Source: Candidatus Mediterraneibacter faecavium | GTDB taxonomy: Bacteria > Bacillota > Clostridia > Lachnospirales > Lachnospiraceae | Assembly (NCBI GenBank): GCA_019119995.1 | Contig: DWVY01000001.1 | Coordinates: 3,472-67,471, forward strand | DNA length: 64,000 nt | Direction: 5' to 3' | Part shown: piece by piece, positions 19,603-29,902 of the stretch | Numbering within the stretch: the first letter of the stretch is position 1 | How the letters are laid out: every line of letters starts with the position of its first letter | Position numbers and translations under genes: made by a program | Notes under the pieces: generated by a model | What the model was told of the DNA's origin: nothing | What the model saw: the letters and a program-made list of their open reading frames with translations, nothing else | Databases searched by the model: none

Positions 19603-20658
19603 ATGTTACGAGAGCAGACAAAAGAGATCAATATCGGAGGAGTAAAGATCGGCGGCAGCAATCCTGTGGCGATCCAGTCTATGACGAATACAAAGACAGA
19701 GGATGTGGATGGGACTGTCGCGCAGATCTTAAAGCTGGAAGCGGCAGGATGCGAGATCATCCGGTGCGCCGTGCCCACGATGGAAGCGGCGGAAGCTTTA
19801 AAAGAGATCAAAAAGCAGATCCATATCCCGCTTGTTGCGGACATTCATTTTGATTACCGGCTTGCGATTGCCGCGATCGAGAACGGTGCGGACAAGATCC
19901 GCATCAATCCGGGCAATATCGGATCGGAAGACAGAGTAAAGGCGGTTGTCGATAAGGCAAAAGAATATGGTGTTCCGATCCGTGTAGGAGTAAACAGCGG
20001 ATCCCTCGAGAAAGCTCTGTTGGAAAAATACGGCGGTGTCACTGCAGAAGGGATCGTGGAGAGCGCTCTGGATAAAGTACATATGATCGAGGAAATGGGA
20101 TATGACAATCTGGTGGTCAGCATCAAGTCGTCTGATGTGCTCATGTGTGTGAGAGCCCATGAGCTGATCGCAAAAGAATGCCCGTATCCCCTTCATGTCG
20201 GTATTACTGAGTCCGGAACTCTATATTCGGGCAATGTGAAATCTTCGGTGGGGCTTGGCATCATCCTTTATGAAGGGATCGGAAATACGATCCGTGTCTC
20301 CCTGACCGGCGATCCGGCTGAGGAGATCCGCACGGCAAAGCTTATCCTGAAGACACTGGGACTTAGAAAAGGCGGCATCGAAGTCGTATCCTGCCCCACA
20401 TGCGGCAGGACGAAGATCGACCTGATCGGACTTGCCAACCAGGTGGAGAAAATGGTTGCCGATATCCCGCTCGATATCAAGGTGGCTGTTATGGGATGTG
20501 TAGTAAACGGACCGGGGGAGGCGAAAGAAGCGGATATCGGCATTGCAGGAGGTATCGGAGAAGGACTTCTGATCAAAAAAGGCGAGATCATCAAAAAAGT
20601 AAAAGAAGAAGAACTTCTGGATACTCTTCGGCAGGAATTGCTGAACTGGAAAGAATAA
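19603..20658 (+). CDS. ispG: (E)-4-hydroxy-3-methylbut-2-enyl-diphosphate synthase
   Basis: IQSMTNT, VADIHF, RINPGNIG, SCPTCGR, MGCVVNGPGEA. Confidence 0.96.
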   Translation: MLREQTKEINIGGVKIGGSNPVAIQSMTNTKTEDVDGTVAQILKLEAAGCEIIRCAVPTMEAAEALKEIKKQIHIPLVADIHFDYRLAIAAIENGADKIRINPGNIGSEDRVKAVVDKAKEYGVPIRVGVNSGSLEKALLEKYGGVTAEGIVESALDKVHMIEEMGYDNLVVSIKSSDVLMCVRAHELIAKECPYPLHVGITESGTLYSGNVKSSVGLGIILYEGIGNTIRVSLTGDPAEEIRTAKLILKTLGLRKGGIEVVSCPTCGRTKIDLIGLANQVEKMVADIPLDIKVAVMGCVVNGPGEAKEADIGIAGGIGEGLLIKKGEIIKKVKEEELLDTLRQELLNWKE

Positions 20659-20722
20659 ACCTGCGCACCGAAGAACAGATCCGGACAGAAATCCGTACAG
20701 ACAGATACAGGAGTGTTGAGAA

Positions 20723-23700
20723 TTGGAAAAGACCAGAAGCGATAAGGCATTTTTCTATGTTTTTCCGACGTTGAAAGTAGAGGAGGATATCCAGATCCTC
20801 TTTGCAGATGTGGAAGTAAAGAAGATCACGACGAATTCACGCCGTGATTTTCTTCATGTACATATCTTCAGCCGCCATCTGATCCAGAAGAAACAGATCT
20901 GGCAGATGGAGCGGCGGATCAAAGACCAGCTCTTTGGCAATGTCCATGTCGATGTGCGCATCGAAGAGGAATATGCGCTTTCCGGACAGTACACGCCGGA
21001 GGCTTTGATGGATGAATACAGAGAGAGTATCATCATGGAGTTGAAGGAGCAGAGCGTGCTGGCGTCCAGTATGTTTTCCCAGGCGCAGATCCACTATGAA
21101 GACGGTAATGTGGTCTGCCTGGAACTGCTGGATACGATCGTATCTGAGGGACGCAAAGAAGAGATCCTGAACCTTCTTGAGACGATATTCGGGGAGAGGT
21201 TCCATATACCGGCGGATATCCGCATCACTTACCGGGAACCGGATGGAAGCGGAACGCGCGAGTATGACGAGCAGAGACTGCAGCAGGAGATCAATGCGAT
21301 CTTCGAAAGGCGGGCGAGACAGCGCGGCGAATATGTAAGTCCGGAGAATAACGGTGAAACTTCCGGATCTTCTGGCGGCGCAGATCATGCAAAAGGCCGG
21401 CAGGCAGATACGTCCGGTGCATCTTCCGGCGGAAAGCATGGATCGAAAGACGCTTCATCGAAGCATAACGCGGGAAGCGGCGCTTCCGGAGGCCCGGGCG
21501 GCAGAAAAGCGGGAAGAAGAGGCGAATTTAAAAAGAAAGATTTCTACCGTCCGATCAAACAGGGAGATGATCCGAACCTGATCTACGGCAGGAGCTTTGA
21601 CGATGATCCGATCACACTGGATCAGGTCGTGACAGAGATGGGAGAAGTTACGATCCACGGCAAGATCATCAACTTCGATACAAGAGAGATCCGAAATGAA
21701 AAGACGATCATTATGTTCGCAGTGACAGACTTTACCGATACGATCACAGTAAAGATGTTTACCCGCAACGATCAGCTCCCGGAGCTGCTCGGCGAACTGA
21801 AAAAAGGCGCGTTTGTAAAGATCAAAGGTATTACGACGATCGACAAGTTCGACGGGGAACTGACCATCGGTTCAGTCACCGGGATCAAGAAGATCGGCGA
21901 CTTTACAGTCTCAAGAGAGGACTTAAGCCCCATCAAGCGCGTGGAGCTCCACTGTCATACGAAGATGAGCGATATGGACGGCGTTTCCGAGGTGAAAGAT
22001 ATCGTAAAGCGCGCCCATGACTGGGGGCATCCTGCGATCGCGATCACAGACCACGGCGTGGCCCAGGCGTTCCCTGATGCGAACCACTATATCGAGACTC
22101 TTGACAAAGATGATCCGTTCAAAGTGCTCTACGGGGTGGAAGGCTATGTTGTGGACGACCTGACAGAGATTGCAGTGAATGCCGGAGACCAGACGCTGGA
22201 TGACACCTATATTGTCTTTGACATTGAGACGACCGGATTCAGTTCCATCCGCGACCGGATCATCGAGATCGGCGCGGTGAAAGTGGTAAACGGGAAGATC
22301 GTGGATAAGTTCAGTACATTTGTAAATCCGCAGCGGCCGATCCCGTTTGAGATCACGAACCTGACAAGCATCACAGATGAGATGGTCATGGGTTCTCCGG
22401 CGATCGACGTGATACTGCCGCAGTTCCTCGAATTTGTCGGGGACGGCGTGCTTGTGGCGCACAATGCCGGATTTGACGTGGGATTTATCGAGCAGAACTG
22501 CAGGAACCTGGGATTAAACGACCGATTTGTCTATCTGGATACGGTTGCACTTGCCCGTGTGCTTCTGCCGACATTGTCGAAGTATAAGCTGAATGTGGTC
22601 GCAAAGGCGCTCAATATCTCCCTTGAGAACCACCACCGGGCAGTGGACGACGCAGGGGCGACTGCTGAGATCTTCGTGAAATTCGTGGAGATGCTAAAGA
22701 AAGACAATATTACCACGCTAAAAGAGGTCAACCACTTCGGAGACCGCAATGTCAATGCGATCCGCAAGATGCCGACACACCATATCATCATCATGGCGAA
22801 GAATGATATCGGCAGATACAACCTGTACCAGCTGATCACAGAGTCGCACCTTACGTACTATGCCAGACGGCCGAGGATCCCGAAGAGCCTGCTGAACGAG
22901 CATCGGGAAGGGCTGCTGGTCGGAAGCGCCTGCGAGGCGGGCGAACTGTATCAGGCGGTGCTTGAGAAGCGGTCTGCACAGCAGATCGCGAAGTTGGCGG
23001 AATTCTATGATTACTACGAGATCCAGCCTCTCGGCAACAACCGGTTTATGATCGAGAGCGACCGTATCGCGGATGTGAATTCGGAGGAAGATCTGAAGAA
23101 CATCAACCGGGAGATCGTAGAACTGGGCGAGAAGTTCGGAAAGCCCGTTGTGGCCACATGCGACGTCCATTTCCTTGATCCGGATGACGAAGTATACAGA
23201 CGGATCATTATGGCGGGAAAAGGATTCGACGATGCGGATGAGCAGGCGCCGCTCTTCCTGCGCACGACCGAGGAGATGCTGGAGGAGTTTTCCTATCTGG
23301 GGGCAGCCAAAGCCCGCGAGATCGTGATAGACAACCCGGTAAAGATCGCAGGCATGATCGAGAAGATCTCGCCGGTGAATCCGAATAAGTGCCCGCCGGT
23401 CATCGAAAATTCCGATCAGGAACTTAGGGACATCTGTTACAGGAAAGCCCATGAGATGTACGGCGAAGAGCTGCCGGTCCAGGTGTCCGGGCGTCTGGAG
23501 AAAGAGCTGAACTCGATTATCTCCAACGGATATGCCGTGATGTACATCATCGCCCAGAAGTTGGTGTGGAAGTCAAACGCCGACGGTTACCTTGTAGGTT
23601 CCCGTGGTTCTGTCGGTTCCTCTTTCGTGGCGACTATGTCTGGAATTACGGAGGTTAATCCGCTAAGCCCGCATTATTACTGTAAAAAATGCCACTACAG

Positions 23701-25324
23701 CGATTTTGAATCCGATGAAGTGCGTGCATTTGCCGGCGGCTGCGGTTTTGACATGCCGGATAAGATCTGCCCGGTGTGCGGCGAACCCCTTGTTAAGGCC
23801 GGGTTCGATATCCCCTTCGAGACATTCCTCGGTTTTAAGGGGGACAAGGAGCCGGATATCGACCTGAACTTCTCCGGAGACTATCAGGCGAAAGCCCACA
23901 AATATACGGAGGTGCTCTTTGGAGAAGGGCATACATTCAAGGCGGGGACCATCGGCACGCTGGCTGACAAGACCGCTTATGGATTTGTGAAGAATTACTA
24001 TGAGGAGCGCGAGCAGAGAAAGCGTCGATGCGAGATCGAGAGGGTCACGGTAGGCTGCACCGGCATCCGGCGCAGCACCGGCCAGCATCCGGGCGGTATC
24101 GTGGTGCTCCCCCATGGGCATGATATCAACGAATTCACCCCGGTACAGCATCCGGCAAATGATATGGAATGCGGGATCATCACCACGCATTTCGATTACC
24201 ATTCTATCGACCATAACCTTTTGAAACTGGATATCCTCGGACACGACGATCCTACCATGATCCGTACGCTGGAGGATTATATCACCTCTGACGCCATGGA
24301 CAATGAATACAATGAGGAGCATCCTTTCATCGCGACAGATATCCCGTTGGATGACAAAGAGGTGATCGAGCTCTTCCACGGTACGGAGGTGCTGGGGATC
24401 AAACCGGAAGATATCGACGGCTGCAAGCTGGGATGCCTGGGGATCCCCGAGTTCGGAACAGACTTCGTTATCCAGATGGTCGAGGATACAAAGCCGCAGA
24501 CATTATCCGATCTGATCCGTATCTCCGGCCTGTCCCACGGGACCAACGTGTGGCTGGGAAATGCGCAGGAACTGGTAAAATCAGGGAAAGCAACGATCTC
24601 AACGGCGATCTGTACCCGTGACGATATCATGATATACCTGATCAATAAAGGAGTGGAAAGCGCCCTCGCATTCACCATCATGGAGAGCGTGCGTAAAGGA
24701 AAAGGACTGAAGCCGGAGTGGGAGGAAGCGATGAAAGCGCAGGATGTCCCGGACTGGTATATCTGGTCGTGCAAGAAGATCAGCTACATGTTCCCGAAAG
24801 CCCATGCGGCGGCGTATGTCATGATGGCGTACCGGATCGCATACTGCAAGATCCATTACCCGCTGGCTTATTATGCCGCCTACTTCAGTATCCGCGCAGA
24901 CGCATTTACCTACGAGATCATGTGCCAGGGCAAAGACAAGCTGAATTACTATATGCAGGATTATAAGAAGCGGAGCGACACACTCAGCAAGAAAGAACAG
25001 GACGTCATGAAAGACATGAAGATCGTACAGGAGATGTACGCCCGCGGATTCGAGTTCGCTCCGATCGATCTCTATAAGGCAAAAGCAAAAATGTTCCAGA
25101 TCGTGGACGGAAAACTGATGCCGTCCTTTGCCAGCATCGAGGGAATGGGAGACAAGGCTGCCGAAGCGGTGGAAGAGGCGGGAAAAGACGGGCCGTATCT
25201 GTCGCTGGATGATTTCCGTCAGAGGACGAAAGTCAGCAAGACCGTGATCGACCTGATGCAGGAACTGGGACTGTTCGGCGACCTGCCGCAGAGCAATCAG
25301 CTGTCGCTGTTTGATTTTGCATAG
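20723..25324 (+). CDS. polC: DNA polymerase III PolC
   Basis: PHP domain (ELHCHTKMS), DEDDh exonuclease (FDIETTG, AHNAGFD, HHRAVDD), GSRGSVGSS, PDIDLNF, YMFPKAHAAAY; start codon uncertain (TTG). Confidence 0.97.
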   Translation: MEKTRSDKAFFYVFPTLKVEEDIQILFADVEVKKITTNSRRDFLHVHIFSRHLIQKKQIWQMERRIKDQLFGNVHVDVRIEEEYALSGQYTPEALMDEYRESIIMELKEQSVLASSMFSQAQIHYEDGNVVCLELLDTIVSEGRKEEILNLLETIFGERFHIPADIRITYREPDGSGTREYDEQRLQQEINAIFERRARQRGEYVSPENNGETSGSSGGADHAKGRQADTSGASSGGKHGSKDASSKHNAGSGASGGPGGRKAGRRGEFKKKDFYRPIKQGDDPNLIYGRSFDDDPITLDQVVTEMGEVTIHGKIINFDTREIRNEKTIIMFAVTDFTDTITVKMFTRNDQLPELLGELKKGAFVKIKGITTIDKFDGELTIGSVTGIKKIGDFTVSREDLSPIKRVELHCHTKMSDMDGVSEVKDIVKRAHDWGHPAIAITDHGVAQAFPDANHYIETLDKDDPFKVLYGVEGYVVDDLTEIAVNAGDQTLDDTYIVFDIETTGFSSIRDRIIEIGAVKVVNGKIVDKFSTFVNPQRPIPFEITNLTSITDEMVMGSPAIDVILPQFLEFVGDGVLVAHNAGFDVGFIEQNCRNLGLNDRFVYLDTVALARVLLPTLSKYKLNVVAKALNISLENHHRAVDDAGATAEIFVKFVEMLKKDNITTLKEVNHFGDRNVNAIRKMPTHHIIIMAKNDIGRYNLYQLITESHLTYYARRPRIPKSLLNEHREGLLVGSACEAGELYQAVLEKRSAQQIAKLAEFYDYYEIQPLGNNRFMIESDRIADVNSEEDLKNINREIVELGEKFGKPVVATCDVHFLDPDDEVYRRIIMAGKGFDDADEQAPLFLRTTEEMLEEFSYLGAAKAREIVIDNPVKIAGMIEKISPVNPNKCPPVIENSDQELRDICYRKAHEMYGEELPVQVSGRLEKELNSIISNGYAVMYIIAQKLVWKSNADGYLVGSRGSVGSSFVATMSGITEVNPLSPHYYCKKCHYSDFESDEVRAFAGGCGFDMPDKICPVCGEPLVKAGFDIPFETFLGFKGDKEPDIDLNFSGDYQAKAHKYTEVLFGEGHTFKAGTIGTLADKTAYGFVKNYYEEREQRKRRCEIERVTVGCTGIRRSTGQHPGGIVVLPHGHDINEFTPVQHPANDMECGIITTHFDYHSIDHNLLKLDILGHDDPTMIRTLEDYITSDAMDNEYNEEHPFIATDIPLDDKEVIELFHGTEVLGIKPEDIDGCKLGCLGIPEFGTDFVIQMVEDTKPQTLSDLIRISGLSHGTNVWLGNAQELVKSGKATISTAICTRDDIMIYLINKGVESALAFTIMESVRKGKGLKPEWEEAMKAQDVPDWYIWSCKKISYMFPKAHAAAYVMMAYRIAYCKIHYPLAYYAAYFSIRADAFTYEIMCQGKDKLNYYMQDYKKRSDTLSKKEQDVMKDMKIVQEMYARGFEFAPIDLYKAKAKMFQIVDGKLMPSFASIEGMGDKAAEAVEEAGKDGPYLSLDDFRQRTKVSKTVIDLMQELGLFGDLPQSNQLSLFDFA

Positions 25325-25371
25325 CAAAGAACTATTGCCTGATATTAGTTGAAAATAATTAATGAATTGTA

Positions 25372-25440
25372 GAAGGGACTATCTCTTAAGGTCCAGAGAG
25401 TTAGAAAACTCCGGATTCAAAGAGGTAGTTCTTTTTTTCT
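25372..25440 (+). terminator. Hairpin terminator after polC
   Basis: GAAGGGACTATCTCTT ... AAGAGGTAGTTCTTTTTTTCT. Confidence 0.6.
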
Positions 25441-25598
25441 ATATGTGTACGACTAGTCATTTCATGCTTTTTTTGTTAAAAAATAGAATTGTTTAATTTT
25501 AACAAAAAAATGTATAAAAATATAGTAAAAAAGTGAAAAATAAAAGAAATAGTTGATGAATTTAAATTATAATGATATATTAAAATTATAATTTTAAT

Positions 25599-25621
25599 AT
25601 ATGTGAAACCGGTTGACATAT
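25599..25621. promoter_or_regulatory. Putative LacI/ScrR-type operator of the GRE sugar locus
   Basis: Imperfect palindrome ATATGTGAAACCGGTTGACATAT with central AACCGGTT, downstream of an AT-rich promoter region. Confidence 0.6.
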
Positions 25622-25664
25622 ATCATAATAACAGACAAAAAGTAGAAAGGGAGGAATAGAACCT

Positions 25665-26948
25665 ATGAAGAAAAGAATAGTGGCTGTTTTAACTTTATCT
25701 GTAATGATGACGGTAATGACAGCGGGATGCGGGAGTGGAAACGCGGACGACAACGGCAGCGGAGATGACGGGCAGGTGACGCTCACGTGGCAGAGCTACG
25801 ACAGCTATGATAAATACGAAAAGGTAGTCGATGCTTTTGAGAAAGAAAACCCTGATATTAAAATAGAATTTGAGGAGGTTTCAGACTTCGCGACCAAGAT
25901 ACTGACTGAGGCGACGGCGGGAGACCTCCCGGACCTGCTTAACGTCAATACCGGGACGACGGCTCTTCTTGCCGATGCAGGTGCGCTGACGGAGTTCGAC
26001 ACAGAGGAACTGAAGGCAGACGAAAAATACAAGTTCGATGACTTCTGGGAGGCGGCGCAGACATACTGCACATATGACGGCGGCTGGTACGCGCTTCCCC
26101 TGGACGGCGGGAATTACGGCTGGGTATACAATGTGGACATGTTCGAGCAGTGCGGCATCGAAGTGCCTGAAGAAGGGTTCACATGGGATGAGTTTGAGGA
26201 TGTGTGTGCTGTGCTCAGTGAAAATAAGGAAGAGCTGGGGATTGAGTATCCCACGATCTTTAACGACCTCTCATCCTCAATAGACATGATGTATCCGCTT
26301 ATTACAGAGGCGGGCGGACAGTACCTCAACGAGGACGGCACCTGCGGATGGAACAGCGGGGCGGCTGTGGAAGCGTTTGAATGGGTGCAGGGCCTTGTGG
26401 ACAGCGGATATATACCGCCTATCGAAAAGCTGGGCGACGGCTATGACGCACTTATCACAAAGTTTAACGCAGGGCAGATAGCAATGTGCCGCGTGGCGCT
26501 GTGGAACTCCACATACCTTGAGGAGACGGTAAACTGGAAGGTAATGAACGCTCCCCGTGGAAATGACGGGACGCAGTCAGAGGTCCTTTTCCTGAACGGG
26601 ATCGGCATATCGAATACATGCGAGAACTATGACGCTGCTTTAAAATTTGTGAAGTATATTACAAGCGAGGAAGGGCTGGCGCTGTATCTTGCGGACAATA
26701 CTTCCCCGCAGATAGCAGTGAGGCGCTCGCAGGCCGATTTGTCGGTAACTATGTTTGACGAAGATAAAGATATGAGACTGTTCAACGAGGGGCTTGAGTA
26801 TGCAGGTTATATTGACCTGACAAAGACTTTCGCAGACCAGCAGACAGTAATCGGACAGTATTTTGATGAAATATGGCACAACGATGCAGATATTCAGAGC
26901 ACGCTGGATGATATGGCAGAGGAGCTGAACGCGCTCCTGGCAGAGTAA
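25665..26948 (+). CDS. Sugar ABC transporter substrate-binding lipoprotein
   Basis: Lipobox TAGC, FEKENPDIKI, LPDL, YNVDMF; CUT1 family pattern. Confidence 0.92.
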   Translation: MKKRIVAVLTLSVMMTVMTAGCGSGNADDNGSGDDGQVTLTWQSYDSYDKYEKVVDAFEKENPDIKIEFEEVSDFATKILTEATAGDLPDLLNVNTGTTALLADAGALTEFDTEELKADEKYKFDDFWEAAQTYCTYDGGWYALPLDGGNYGWVYNVDMFEQCGIEVPEEGFTWDEFEDVCAVLSENKEELGIEYPTIFNDLSSSIDMMYPLITEAGGQYLNEDGTCGWNSGAAVEAFEWVQGLVDSGYIPPIEKLGDGYDALITKFNAGQIAMCRVALWNSTYLEETVNWKVMNAPRGNDGTQSEVLFLNGIGISNTCENYDAALKFVKYITSEEGLALYLADNTSPQIAVRRSQADLSVTMFDEDKDMRLFNEGLEYAGYIDLTKTFADQQTVIGQYFDEIWHNDADIQSTLDDMAEELNALLAE

Positions 26949-27068
26949 ATACCGGATATTAAGTGCATCATGATCTGTGCAGGTCATGATGCCCTGCATT
27001 TAAGAAAGGCGTCCCGCCTGTGAATGTTTCTGTTTCCGGCAGGACGCGGGCTAAAAGGAGAGGATGTT

Positions 27069-27965
27069 TTGGAAAATACAAAAATAAGAAAACGGAGGAA
27101 AAGCGACAGGAACATCGCGTTCCTTTTTCTGCTCCCGTCTCTGATACTGCTGGCGCTTTTTGTATTCTGGCCGATGATCGATTCCATAAAGATGTCGTTT
27201 TACGACTGGAATCCTCTGAAAGGGAGCATTTTCACAGGGCTGGAAAATTATAAGGAACTTATGGGGGACGATCTGTGGTGGACGAGCCTGAAAAATACGG
27301 TGATCTATATTCTGATGAACGTCCCGCCGATCGTGATATTTGCGATTATTATGACGGAACTGGTGCTGTTTGCAAATAAGAGGAGCCGCACCGTCTCGAA
27401 ACTCGTAAGAGGGATCTTTTTCCTCCCCTGCGCCTTATCTCTGGTGGCTACGGGCGTAGCGTGGCGTTTCCTGATGGGAACCAATTACGGAATAATCAAT
27501 AACTTCCTGGGAAAACTGGGGATCCAGGACGTCGGATGGCTGACAGACGGGAAAATCGCCCTTGCGTCGATGGCAATAGTCACAGTCTGGAGATGGGCCG
27601 GATATTATATGGTCATGGTCGTGGCAGGGAGGCTTGGGATATCGCAGGAATATTATGAAGCCGCCGATCTGGATGGGGCGAATGTATGGCACAAGTTCGT
27701 GTCCATTACCCTCCCGCAGTTAAAGCCGGTTCTGACATATATCATCCTGATGTGTGTGATCGGGACATTCCAGGAATTTGACCTTGTCTATACAATGACG
27801 AACGGCGGGCCGGGGACAAGCACGTACCTTACGGGACTTACCCTGTACAAGACGGCTTTCTCCTCACTGAAAATGGGATATTCCTGCGCCATGGCAGTGT
27901 TTATCTTCCTGCTGTCCATCGTGATATCCGTGCTGCAGCTTAAACTGACGTCTGACAAAGAATGA
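27069..27965 (+). CDS. Sugar ABC transporter permease (MalF-like)
   Basis: EAA loop YYEAADLDGA, ITLPQLKP, TNGGP; probable TTG start after AAAGGAG. Confidence 0.92.
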   Translation: MENTKIRKRRKSDRNIAFLFLLPSLILLALFVFWPMIDSIKMSFYDWNPLKGSIFTGLENYKELMGDDLWWTSLKNTVIYILMNVPPIVIFAIIMTELVLFANKRSRTVSKLVRGIFFLPCALSLVATGVAWRFLMGTNYGIINNFLGKLGIQDVGWLTDGKIALASMAIVTVWRWAGYYMVMVVAGRLGISQEYYEAADLDGANVWHKFVSITLPQLKPVLTYIILMCVIGTFQEFDLVYTMTNGGPGTSTYLTGLTLYKTAFSSLKMGYSCAMAVFIFLLSIVISVLQLKLTSDKE

Positions 27966-27984
27966 GGAAAGGGGGAAGAAAACC

Positions 27985-28845
27985 ATGGCTTACACAAAAG
28001 CAAAAATAAAAAAGAGGGAACTGCCCGGCGAAGTGCTCTGCTGGGGAGTGATCGCGGCGCTTGTATTCCTGATCATATTCCCCTTTGCATATATTCTGTC
28101 GACCGCCCTGAAATCAGATCAGGATCTGGCCACAAGCGTGGGGCGCATCCTGCCGGAATCCGTGCAGTGGGACAACTTTGCCAAAGCGTGGGAACTGTTG
28201 GATTTCCCGACGAACTTTTTGAACTCATTTGTAGTATCGGCGTCTGTCACTCTGCTGACGGTGCTGCTGTGTAGCATGGCGGCTTATGTATTTACACGCC
28301 TTGAGTTCAAGGGCAGGAATATCCTGTTCGTAGTGTATCTGTCCACAATGATGATACCTATCACGGTCAGGCTGATACCGTCATACATGCTATGCAGGGA
28401 GCTGAATCTGTTGGATACATATTCCGGCATGATCCTTCCGCAGGTCGCGTGGTCGATCCCGTTCGGCACGTTCCTGATGAGACAGTTTTATTTCGGGATA
28501 CCTAAGGAACTGGACGAGGCGGCGAAGATCGACGGCGCGACCCATCTTCAGATATTTACAAAAGTACTCATGCCTCTGACAAAATCCAGTATGACGACAC
28601 TGGGAACATATACGTTCATACAGGCGTGGAACAATCTGATCTGGATGCTCCTTGTAGTACAGAGCGAGAGCAAGTGGACTGTTACTCTCGGAATCAGCTC
28701 CATCTGCGGCGCATCCGTGATCAAACAGCCTACATGGAACCTGATCATGGGAGTGATCGTGATAGGGATGATACCGGTGCTGATCCTGTTCTTCGCCTTC
28801 CAGAAGTATTTCATGCAGTCGGTGGCTGCGACAGGTATCAAATAA
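27985..28845 (+). CDS. Sugar ABC transporter permease (MalG-like)
   Basis: IPKELDEAAKIDGA, FQKYF. Confidence 0.92.
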   Translation: MAYTKAKIKKRELPGEVLCWGVIAALVFLIIFPFAYILSTALKSDQDLATSVGRILPESVQWDNFAKAWELLDFPTNFLNSFVVSASVTLLTVLLCSMAAYVFTRLEFKGRNILFVVYLSTMMIPITVRLIPSYMLCRELNLLDTYSGMILPQVAWSIPFGTFLMRQFYFGIPKELDEAAKIDGATHLQIFTKVLMPLTKSSMTTLGTYTFIQAWNNLIWMLLVVQSESKWTVTLGISSICGASVIKQPTWNLIMGVIVIGMIPVLILFFAFQKYFMQSVAATGIK

Positions 28846-28865
28846 ATGACAGGAGTATTGAGAGA

Positions 28866-29900
28866 ATGAAAGGACTAATTGTTACAACTGACAGGGAACT
28901 TCGACTGGTGGACGATATCCCGGAGCCGGAAATAGGAGATTACGAAGCTCTGGTAAAGATCAGATGCTGCATGATATGCAATGGGACGGACATGGGCGTT
29001 ATCCGGCATAAGGTCAGGGAGGCAGACAGATATCCCGCAGTCCTCGGACATGAGGACGCCGGGTATGTAGTGAGGGTCGGGGCGAAAGTCACATCCTATA
29101 AAGCAGGGGATCTCGTAGTGCGCGCGTCACAGCCCGACAATGAAAAATATGCGAGCGCGTGGGGCGGCTTTGCAGAGTATGCCGTAGTAAAGGACTATGC
29201 GGCCGCCGCAAAGGACGGCGTCAGGTTAAAGGACGCCTCTCTGGGTATTACCCAGCAGGTATGTCCTCCTAAGATGAGACCCGAGGACGCATCGCTGCTT
29301 ATCACACTGAAGGAGACATACAGCGCGCTCGACCGGATCGGAAGCGCCGGATGCGGGAACATGCTGATAATCGGCGACGGCCCTGTGGCCCTTGCGTTCC
29401 TTGTCTGCGCGAAGCTCCAGGGCGCGGGAAAAGTATATCTGTTCGGGAACCACCGGGAAAAACTGGAGACCGCAGCACGTCTGGGAGCCGACGGGGTATA
29501 TCTGAATAAAGATCCGGATGAAGTCCGCAGGGCGGAGCGGGAGCTGGGAAGAAAGATGGATTTCTGCATAGATACGATAGGCGCGAATCCTACGATGGAG
29601 CAGGGCCTTGACTACATACACGAGGACGGAACAGTGGCGGTGTACGGCTTAAAGAGTGATGAATATATCAACGTCAGGACGCCCGTACTGCGTAATTTTT
29701 CCATCCGGTATATCCAGTGGCCCCTGCCCGAATGGGAAGCGCGGGCCCACGAGCCGGTGGTGCGCGCGGTGATGGATGGCAAGATTGACACGGACGCGCT
29801 GATCACACACCGTTTTCCTGTGGAGAAATACCAAAAAGGCATAGAGGCTGTCAGGAACCGGACCGCATTGAAAGTAGTGCTGTATTTCGGAGAGGAGTGA
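28866..29900 (+). CDS. Zn-dependent medium-chain (polyol/alcohol) dehydrogenase
   Basis: ICNGTD and LGHE catalytic Zn ligands, GDGPVA Rossmann loop, LITHRF; no structural-Zn Cys cluster. Confidence 0.85.
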   Translation: MKGLIVTTDRELRLVDDIPEPEIGDYEALVKIRCCMICNGTDMGVIRHKVREADRYPAVLGHEDAGYVVRVGAKVTSYKAGDLVVRASQPDNEKYASAWGGFAEYAVVKDYAAAAKDGVRLKDASLGITQQVCPPKMRPEDASLLITLKETYSALDRIGSAGCGNMLIIGDGPVALAFLVCAKLQGAGKVYLFGNHREKLETAARLGADGVYLNKDPDEVRRAERELGRKMDFCIDTIGANPTMEQGLDYIHEDGTVAVYGLKSDEYINVRTPVLRNFSIRYIQWPLPEWEARAHEPVVRAVMDGKIDTDALITHRFPVEKYQKGIEAVRNRTALKVVLYFGEE

Positions 29901-29902
29901 AT

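Noticed and set aside
20723-25324. Intein in PolC
   Set aside because: The extra length is a G/S-rich linker; no intein splice-junction or LAGLIDADG motifs seen
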